Source: Lobosporangium transversale | Lineage: Eukaryota | Direction: 5' to 3' | Assembly: GCF_002105155.1 (NCBI RefSeq) | Contig: NW_019028981.1 | Span: 1 to 64,000, forward strand | DNA: 64,000 nucleotides | Shown: positions 55,103 through 64,000 of the stretch, one piece after another | How the letters are laid out: the number at the start of each line of letters is the position of its first letter | Position numbering within the stretch: position 1 is the first letter of the stretch | Program-made: the position numbers and the translations under genes | The notes under the pieces: generated by a model | Database searches by the model: none | The model's input: the letters and a program-made list of their open reading frames with translations, nothing else | What the model was told of the DNA's origin: nothing

Positions 55103-58100
55103 TCAAACACGCGAGGAGCGATGATGCAGCTTAGCTGGTCGGGCTAATTCAGGCACCACTGGCGCTGGGATCCATCCTTGTACGCCAACAGCCTTTTCTG
55201 CAACCCCGGCTTTAGTTTCGGCCTTGTTCTCAGTCTCAACCACAGCTTCAAACTCCTTACTATCTATACTCCTCCTATTTCTGGTCAAAGAGCTCATTCG
55301 CCTCTTACTTCCTCGATTAATACTGGCCATCGACACGTCTTCCGACGGTTCGACGCTGTAAGTCTTTGACACTAGCCTTGGCCTAGCAGAGCTTGAAGTA
55401 CGTTGGTATGTATCAGCACTGCTGTTATTGCTGTTGTCCTTGCCGTCACTACCGATACTCATGTCCATGTCCATGTCCATATCCGTCTCCGTTCTTGGGT
55501 ATCGATATCCAAATAACTGATTTTCCTCGTCCATCATGGCCATATTCTGATCTGTTTCTTCTTGCTGCTGCCTTCGTCTCCTTCGCTGCTGCTCCTCTTG
55601 GTTGTCAGTGCGCTTGCGCTCGTCGTCGTCGTCGTCGTCAGAGGAGGAAGAATGGTCATAACCCCCAAAGAACGAGAACGTGAATGATTTCCGATGATGC
55701 TTCTTTTTGGCCCGCTGTCTTGCTGGTACTACTGTTGTCGCGCCAGATGTTGATGACAATGACGATGATACTGCTGCTGCTGCCTCTGTCGCTGTTGTTG
55801 CATTCATCATAGTTGATGCTGAAGATTCACTTCGTGAACGGGCTGTAGCAGCAGGGAGCCTGGTTTTGACTTCTACTCCTCCCTTAGTATTTGCAGCTGA
55901 GGTTGATGACACAGGAGTGGTCAGTTTGAGATCTAGGACTTCGTCCTCTGAGCCAAGATTCTTTACAGGCTGAAGCATGGTTCTGAGGATGTGGTATGCC
56001 ACATCCCTAAAAATTTTCATTTATCCAAGACGCGTTCAAAAGAAATGAAAAAGGGGTTGTTAATGACATTGCTCAGAAAAAATATAAAAATAATAAAAAA
56101 AAGTATTGGCCATTACCTGTTACCCCAGTATCGGAAATGGCTTCGCATCCCCAAAAGATACTCATTCGTATATTGGTCCGCAGTTGACTCTTGTAAGACA
56201 TAATCAATTCGATATGGTAGTTTAGTAGCCTTTCCTTCTACATGGACTGTCCTGTCTTTCTTTTGCTCTTGCTGTTTAGCCGCCTCTACGTTCTCAATCT
56301 CCTGTGGGAACGTATCAGCATGTGGCTGTTGGTGGTCCTCATCTTCTTTATTCTTTGTCCGGCCTTGTGCAGACGAAATTGATTGAACCATGGGTTCCTG
56401 AACAACATTTGACTTTGCGCCAACACCTTGAGCCTTCTCCTGGACTGTTGCACCTCTCTCCGTTCCTAAATAATATTCCATATCCATTAATGATGGTGTG
56501 CAATCATCCTCAACGGACTCGTCAATGCTACTGCTGTTGCTGTTGCCGGACAGCACATTCCTCATGTCTTCTTCTGCAGCGTCGGCCATTACCCTTTGCT
56601 CATGCTCACGTGAGTGCTGTCCATCAACTCGGCTGCTAACTCGACGAGGACCCAAGGTTGGTCGTTGTTTGGCTGATAATGTTGCTGGCGATGGTGATCC
56701 AGTGGTTGTATCAATATCCGCTGGAGAGCTTGTTGATGTTGATGTCTCTCCTGTTTCTCTTGGCGCTAAACACGTTGCCACAGTGGCTGCGGCTATGTAT
56801 TCAGTGCAAGAGGCATCGCCATCCATAATCATAGGGTCTTCTTTTATATTGTGCTCATTCCCTGAGGGACCTGAAGAGGATGAAAACGAAATAGCCTGTA
56901 CTTCTTCACCAGTACGCTGCTCAACTTCATCATCATTTCTAGTAGCAGCAGGCCCGTCCTCATCATCTTCTTCATCTTCTACAGCCGTGTTTTCTCCACT
57001 GTTGTTATGGTTGTTACTATTGCTGCCATTGCTACTGTTCGTATTCGTGTTCACATTTCCAGCTAGCCAACGCCCTGCTTTTAATGACATGGTCATTTGA
57101 GAAAGACTCGATAACGTTGGGATAGATGGTCTTGGCAACGTGGGCACCTTGTTCTCCCAGAATGAAGAAATAGACCCTGGAAGTAGTAACGATGGTAATG
57201 AGGGCAATGAAAACAAGGCCCCTTGAGAGCTACTATAAGAATTCATCAAAACTGCTGGGACCTTGGCAAAAATTGGATCGATCAAAGGCTCAATCCTATA
57301 ACCCAAAGGATCAAATGGGTGGAAAAGATTGTGATGGATAATATCGTCCGGTGGATGGAATGTCTCCCAATCAAGGTTCCGCATCACCAACACAGCACCT
57401 AGGGGTGACCCCACTGTGAAGAGGTAATGGGGTCTAAATTTGAGTTTTGGAATCTTCCTGAGGAATTTAGGCTCGTCCTGTTTCCTGATTTTGACATTAT
57501 CACCCTTATTACTCTTCTTGCATTTTTGGCCGAATTGGGATTTCTGGGTTCCTTTACTCTGTTCAGTTGCACTTGTTGCTACTGGTGCTGGAGATGATGT
57601 TCCTTTACCTGGCACTGCCGTATTTTGGGGCGAGGAAGAGGATTCTATGGATGTACTTTCTTCTTGGCCATGCTGCATCTTAGTTCTTGTTATTGTTGTG
57701 TCAGCTGATTCACTGCGCACTGTCTTTTGATTAGTGTCATCATCTTTGTTATTATCGCCTGCAAGGTCCTCCTTTTCTGCCTCCTCTTCATTGTCATCAT
57801 CCTGACACGTCAGGATATCGAACATAGCAATGCCACCGAGGGATAGTGCAAAGACTGAAATCTTGCCATTGAAATCTGGATGTTTTTCTACAAATGTATC
57901 GTATGCCTCGTTCAGCTCATCAACGATCATTTGAACCATAATTCCTCCAAAGTGGTTGTTAAAGTCTATTTAGTATTATGGAATAATGGAATGGTGTAAG
58001 AAAAAAGAGCAAAGTGTAGTACATGTCATTATGAATTCCCAACGCGATACCGACTATAAACTACAATCTGCTTACAGTAGAGGATGTCCGCCAAGTAGTC

Positions 58101-58727
58101 ATTCATAACCATACGGACCTTAGGCACGGTCTTAAGTGAGGCCAAGGCCATGCGATCGTCCACCAAGGAATGTATTTTAGCATGCCATTCAATAGGAATG
58201 ATATGAACATTTGTCTCAACCTCATGGAAAACGCTTTGTAGAACTGCTTTTGTGTTTTCCACGAGATGTCCAACTAAAAAAGGAGTCAATAGATCAAATG
58301 TAGTATCATTGAGATTAGATCTTGGAAGAGAAAGCATGTGCAACTGAAGAAAAAAAGTCTCCCTTCCACCCGGAAAGACCATTTTCCCGACAGCTTTTTT
58401 TCACATACCGTTACGTTCGTAATTTCCATACTCTTCCAGTTGACGTCCCATGCCATGCACAACAAACATGACATGGTGGGCAGCTGAAAAAGATTTTTGC
58501 AAGAAGATCAATTATTAGTAAAGAATGGCAAAAAAAAAAAAAAAAAAAAAAAAAAAGCCCAAATCGACTCTTCTCCTTTTTAATTAATTACGTTGTTGTT
58601 CTTGTGGAGTCGCAGGAACATCTTTCTTGTTGGTGGATGGAGGGGAGTCTGTGCATGCTGTTGTTGCAGGAGTGGAGGGGGCGGTGTCACCATGCACTTG
58701 TTCAGGGCCTACTTTTGTCAGAGCCAT
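55103..58727 (-). CDS. DDHD-domain intracellular phospholipase A1, 5 exons
   Basis: HVMFVVHGMG, IPIEWH, DILY, lipase elbow ALSLGG, FTVGSPLG, NLFHPFDPLGYRIEP, RIDYVLQ, SHFRYW. Confidence 0.9.
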
Positions 58728-58803
58728 TGTTTTTTTTCTTTTGTTGTTATTGTCAGGATAGGTTAATATTAATAAAAGCGTGTGTGATTAAGAATGCAAG
58801 GCA

Positions 58804-58887
58804 GAATGAATGAATGAATGAATGAATGAATGAATAAAAAGAATGAATAAACGAAATGAATGAATGAATGAATGAATGAATGAATGA
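58804..58887. repeat. Interrupted (GAAT)n/(ATTC)n tetranucleotide microsatellite just upstream of the DDHD start codon
   Basis: Two blocks of GAAT repeats. Confidence 0.9.
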
Positions 58888-59421
58888 GTGAAAAGAATGA
58901 AGTGAGCAACAAAGAGATGAAGAAAAAGTAAAAAGAAAAAGAAGTGAGAGAAGAGAAAGTCCAAATGCAATTGGGCTGATCTCTCCGAGCATGGGATAAT
59001 GCTCCGCCTCTTCCCTTCTCTTCTCTTCCCATGTATCACAGACCTTTATCCAGATGTCTCCAATACAAGGAGGTGGACATTACTCCACTCTTCATTTTTA
59101 CTATCACATCATGCCTGCTAAGCTATGGATCTGTGCAGTATCAAACATTCATGGACAATATTGAAGACTGAACGCAGTGAATGATGATGGACAATCTTGT
59201 GTCATTAAATAATTTCGCCAGTGTAAACAGCTCATGATGACAAAGGACTCAATAAAAGTAATTTTCCACAATCATCTTCATTCTTTCCATGTTTGCTCTC
59301 TTGAGGACAAAGACTTTTCACGTTTTTTTTTTGCTTCCTTTTCAACTTGTTTATCAATACGCCTTGCTGAGCTTTTTCTTTTTCTTTTTCTTTTTTTTTT
59401 TTTTTGCACATGTTAGCCCAA

Positions 59422-59458
<37 letters not shown>

Positions 59459-59715
59459 AGATCCAGACATTTGTTTTCCATTTCCTTCGCTGCTAATGCG
59501 AAAGAGGGTCTACATGTCTTTGAAAGAGAGAAGGGAGGAAGCTATTTCTTCACAGACACAAAAATGTTCGTCCTATATATTTTTTTTTTAATTCAGGTTG
59601 ATATTGTAGTTGAATATTGATGTTTTAAATATCACGGAGACATACAAAAAGGAAAATATACATATCTGAACCGCGAAACATCCGGATAGATATTGAAGAA
59701 CCAGAACCCCATGGT

Positions 59716-61159
59716 TCATGACGTGTGCTGAAGCACATAGCGGATTACAAGCGCAAGAACAGGTAGCGCAAGCACAATCAATGTAGGCAACGAGTACCCC
59801 GCATTTGTCTTGAGCGGAATCCTGATACTCTGCCCTTTCTGATCTTCCTTGCTGTTAATGCCAATATCCTCAGCTGTCAATTGAGATGGGAACTTTCCAG
59901 TCGTATAGAACTTCTCCATCAAATCATCCTTTTCTTGCCATCTTGCTCGTAACCACTCTACAAACTCTGGCTCGCTCTCTGGAATGTCTTTGACCGCAAA
60001 TCGACGAAGGTGGATATTAATCTCACGGGGTTGAGCCTTGTCAACATACAATCCTGGCAGTGGATACAATTCTTGAGGAATTTCGCCATAGTGGACTCCT
60101 GAATAGCCTACAGCCGCGTCGTAAACGTACTCCACTGATCCACGCAACTTGTTGAGGCACACAAACATTCCGCTCGTACGGGGTAACAAAACATGACGGT
60201 GATCTTTCTACAAAAAAAAAAAAAAAAAAAAAAAAGAAAAAGGAAATGAAATCATCATTAGACCATTCCAACCTAAGCTGCCGCCTTTTTTTTTTTTTTT
60301 TTTTTTTTTATTACTCGTAAGGATATAATACTTACCAGACCAGCTTTCTGTGCAAATGCGCTTGAGCGCTTACGTGTTCCCCTTGAAACAACGGTTCCTT
60401 CAGGGTAGACAAGGAGCCAAAGAGGATCATCCTTACGAAGACGCTCCAAGTTACTTTCAATTGCCTTCTTGTCATGTGCCCAGTCGTTACGTTTCAAGAA
60501 AATGAAATCAAAGAAACGCATACCCTATTTTAAAAATTAAGTTATTAGTGTATTTAGTGGATTAGCTGTGTATTCTTAGCATGACAAGATATAGTGTAAA
60601 CGATCAACAGACAACGATCTCTAAAATGCACTTACCCTTTGAGAAAAAAAAAACATTCCCAGAACGCCAAGAAGTCCGGGAGCCCAGAGTAAGAAACCGG
60701 AATACAGAGGAATAGATTCCAAGGATGAATGAACACCGAGGCATGGTAAAGTGAAAATAAAGTAGAATAAAATAAAACGTTTAGTTTCGTGTCACTGTTC
60801 TTAATGAATCGTGTCAAATTGCCAGGCATCAATGCATCTGTTTGCTCTTGGCATTCCCCAAAAAAAAAAAAAAAAAAAAAACGTTTGCCAAAGGATGTGA
60901 TTTTGACACCCCGTAATTTTTTTTTTTTTTTTTTTTTTTCATTGCATGTGAGTCTTTATTAAGGTTGGGTTAGAAGAAAAAAAAAAAAAAAAAAAAAAAA
61001 CTTACCAGCCAAAGACCGGAATCCAGGTCAAGTCACCACGAAGAATAATCTTGATTCCCCTGTCCTTCTTCGCAAGATGAGCAAAGCACCAGAGGTAGAT
61101 CCAATCCGAATAAATCTAATCCAAACCCAAACCCCATCGTTTTTCTGTTAGTTCAAAAG

Positions 61160-61191
<32 letters not shown>

Positions 61192-61346
61192 AAAGGAAGG
61201 CTTGATATGCATGTTGAATGTGCTTTTGCGCCTTTCTCTCCTTCGTCCAAGGTCACTTGAGCACTTCAGGAGAGAAGATTTTTGCGCTTTGACAATAACC
61301 TTGAATTAATGATTTTAATCAATCAACATTCCCATTCCCCCAATTG

Positions 61347-61381
<35 letters not shown>

Positions 61382-62145
61382 CGCTTGTTTGTTGAAGATG
61401 CATGTGCATGTGTCCTTTCTTTTTTTTTTTTTTTTTGAAGTACCTGATGGTTCGCGACAAAGATAAGACGATCGGGTAGATCCAAAAGAGTTTCGTCCGG
61501 ATGATACTTTTCATTGCCGTCGTCTTTGTTTTCATTCCCGTTACAATCGCTGGTGCTCTTTTGATGTTGATGATGATGAATTCGTTTACCCTGGTAGACC
61601 TTCACAATTTCTCGGATACTCTCATCTCCTGTCAAGATAATATCTGACGGAGCAAATAACTCATTCATCTTCAGCATCAATGCTCCAAAATACACCGTCG
61701 TTCTCTTCATATGACGACGGTACACTCCAGGAGCCAAGATAGACAACGGTATAGCCATCACCTGGGTCATTGAAATCAATGTAGCACCCAGAACGAAATA
61801 TGTAGCCCATACAAACGCTCGGACCGTTTTATAAACGGGATTCATCTTGGGCCCCAACTTGCGAATAGGTTTCTTGATCGCATCATCTTCTGCCCATTCG
61901 CTAAGTGTGCCTTTCTTATCACCCTCAACATTAGAGCTGTCGCTGGTCTTTGACGATGTCGTTCTAGAAGTAGTCGTTGTTGTTGAAGTGGGGGTCTTAA
62001 TGCTGCTACTAATGCCGTGGCTGGTTGTCATATCATCGAAATCGGATATCTTTTTTTTTGTAAGGTCATTGCCAAATCCTGCTGTTTCTGCCACTGCTGT
62101 TGCTGCCGCTTCCCCCGAAGATGGACCTAGTTTTGAAACGGTCAT
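59716..62145 (-). CDS. Lysophospholipid acyltransferase, LCLAT1/Cst26(Psi1)-like, 4 exons
   Basis: FVANHQ|IYSDW (HxxxxD), GW|GMRFFDFIFLKR, LVYPEGT, HVLLPRTSG, YVYD, WLRARWQEKD. Confidence 0.9.
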
Positions 62146-62484
62146 GTCCGCACTGATGGTGATCTTGATATTACAGTCTCACTAGTAATTATCAAGCTAT
62201 GAAGAATCCAAAGAGTGAAAAAAGAAAAAAGAATGATTTAGCAGAAGAAGAAGAAGAAGAAGAAGAAGGAAAGAAAGAAGAGTTATCGTCGCTTCTGTTG
62301 TGGCTGGAACAGTTGGTCTTGGCTGTTGTACCTTCACAGTCTACAGGTAAATTATTGAGGGGTATATGGGCGAATGGTCTGGAAAGCAAAACCGTTGTCC
62401 TCTTGACTCTCAGATGTAAATGCATTTGCCCATTTCCATCAATGTATTGTCATTAACATTTTAGGCTCATGTTGATTCTAATAG

Positions 62485-62515
<31 letters not shown>

Positions 62516-62904
62516 CCTTTAGAAAGCAATGTACTATTTTCACGTCTTCACTTCACTTCTCAGGGGTTACAAAGGTCTGACCTTTAATACTCGTTCACTC
62601 TCTCACATGCTTATTCCTTAGGATCTGTCTAGCCCTGTTTGACTACTTTGGCACTTGCACTTCCGTTTTGTACTATTTGCAAGTCAATGTAATCTTTGAG
62701 AATACAATCGCTAAAACAAAGTCTCTTTTCTGAGTACAATGAATTGAACAGAAAAAAAATATCAACAGTTTATTGTAATGGAAATAAAATATAAAAATAA
62801 AAAGATTTGTGAATCAATCTATGTCAAGATAAAGGAAAAAAAAAAAAAAAAAAGAGAGAGAAAACAGGACACATATGCTATAGAGGATATATTATGCATT
62901 GACT

Positions 62905-64000
62905 TTATGACCAGACATCCTCCTCGTAGCGACCACGTGCACGTAACTCCTTGACATAGGTTGTAGCCTTCTCTTCCGTCATCTCACCGCATTCCATAGC
63001 AATGTTGATCAACTTTTGGTTCACTTCACGAGCCATGTTCTTGGCATCTCCACAGACATAGAAGTAGCCTCCCTTGTTGTGGATCAAATCCCAGACAAGT
63101 TCCTTATGTTCTTCCATCTTCTGTTGGACATAGACCTTGGGCAAGCCTGGTTGACGCGACAAAGCCGTGATTATCTGGGCTCCTTCAATATCCTTCATCA
63201 GCTCGGGCCATTCATCCTTGTACATATAATCTTCATCCTCACGACGGCATCCAAAGAACAAAACTGTGGGACCAACTGTTTTACCATTCTTCACATCCTG
63301 TGCACGATCCTGAATAAAACCTCGGAAGGGTGCGACTCCTGTACCGGGACCGACCATGACTACAGGCAGCGAAGCATTACGGGGCAACTTGAAGTTGGAG
63401 TGACGGACATGGACAAGAACCTTGACACCACTCTCACCAATCAGATGCGATCCTTGAGGTCCAGAGATTTCATACTTTGGTTCAATAGCACCACTCTTGT
63501 TGATATGTGCGTGACAATTGTGCAAAAAGTTTGTAGCTAAACCATAGACAGTCTCTTCAGGTGCGACAATAGGCTTATAATCCAAAACAACTGCAGTCAA
63601 GTGAATTGTCGTAGGATGAGCCTTGGGTGATGATGAAATCGAATAGTAACGAGCCTGAAGACGTGGGACTGATTCAATCACCAAATCAAAAGGAATTTCA
63701 ATAGTCTGACCAGGTCCTAGAATTTTCTCCAAAACAGCGCCCAGGCTGCGACGGGCGTCAGCAACGTTGATACGGAAGGCCTCTTTATCAGAACCCCAGA
63801 GAGCAAAAGTCTTGCTTGATTCCTCATTTGGGGCAAAAGGCGTCAATTGACCAATGAAGGCACGCGAAGGGGGAGCAGTGATATCGATATAGTTGCGAAG
63901 AATAGCACGATAGGTTGTAGGGACAGGGAAGGGCAGCTTGGTAGAGGCAGGATCAACATTAGAAACAGTAATGACGGTATCAAGCTTGTTGGTCAAACCC
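62905..64000 (-). CDS. NADPH-cytochrome P450 reductase, C-terminal FAD/NADPH domains (5'-truncated by the window)
   Basis: RYYSISSS, VRHSNFKLP, MVGPGTGVAPFRGF, LFFGCR, FYVCGDAKNMA, C-terminal EDVWS. Confidence 0.93.
   Translation of the reverse strand, partial: GLTNKLDTVITVSNVDPASTKLPFPVPTTYRAILRNYIDITAPPSRAFIGQLTPFAPNEESSKTFALWGSDKEAFRINVADARRSLGAVLEKILGPGQTIEIPFDLVIESVPRLQARYYSISSSPKAHPTTIHLTAVVLDYKPIVAPEETVYGLATNFLHNCHAHINKSGAIEPKYEISGPQGSHLIGESGVKVLVHVRHSNFKLPRNASLPVVMVGPGTGVAPFRGFIQDRAQDVKNGKTVGPTVLFFGCRREDEDYMYKDEWPELMKDIEGAQIITALSRQPGLPKVYVQQKMEEHKELVWDLIHNKGGYFYVCGDAKNMAREVNQKLINIAMECGEMTEEKATTYVKELRARGRYEEDVWS

Noticed and set aside
58592..58727. Apparent frameshift in DDHD exon 1
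   Set aside because: On recount the exon is 136 nt (phase 1) and joins exon 2 in frame.

Overview
Intron-rich eukaryotic DNA with GT-AG introns, long poly(A/T) tracts and proteins full of single-amino-acid runs. The gene families and style suggest an early-diverging fungus, most likely Mortierellaceae (inference). About 23 protein-coding loci could be spliced by hand. Housekeeping genes: IPK1, serine/threonine dehydratase, TAF12, LOG, ATX1, cytochrome c oxidase Va, NOP58, CDC48, DCN1-like neddylation E3. Lipid-related genes: ML-domain protein, DDHD phospholipase A1, LCLAT1/Cst26-like acyltransferase, NADPH-P450 reductase (partial). Others: a VPS9-domain GEF (partial), two tandem orphan 6-TM proteins, a type II membrane GT-A/alginate-lyase-like protein, a tetraspanin, a pogo/Tigger (CENP-B-like) transposase, a coiled-coil membrane protein, a secreted Ser/Thr-rich protein and a frameshifted LRR-like gene. 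The best leads are: (1) the DCN1-like gene has two mutually exclusive N-termini, NLS-type MPKRK and myristoylation-type MGSKNSK, both splicing in frame to one catalytic domain; (2) the GT-A + degenerate lyase fusion; (3) the diverged tandem 6-TM pair; (4) 4-5 micro-repeat frameshifts with no nonsense codon in one LRR-like gene; (5) an adjacent PLA1 + acyltransferase sn-1 remodelling pair with a hidden alternative exon. No tRNA, rRNA or CRISPR was recognised. All family calls come from motif recognition, not database searches.
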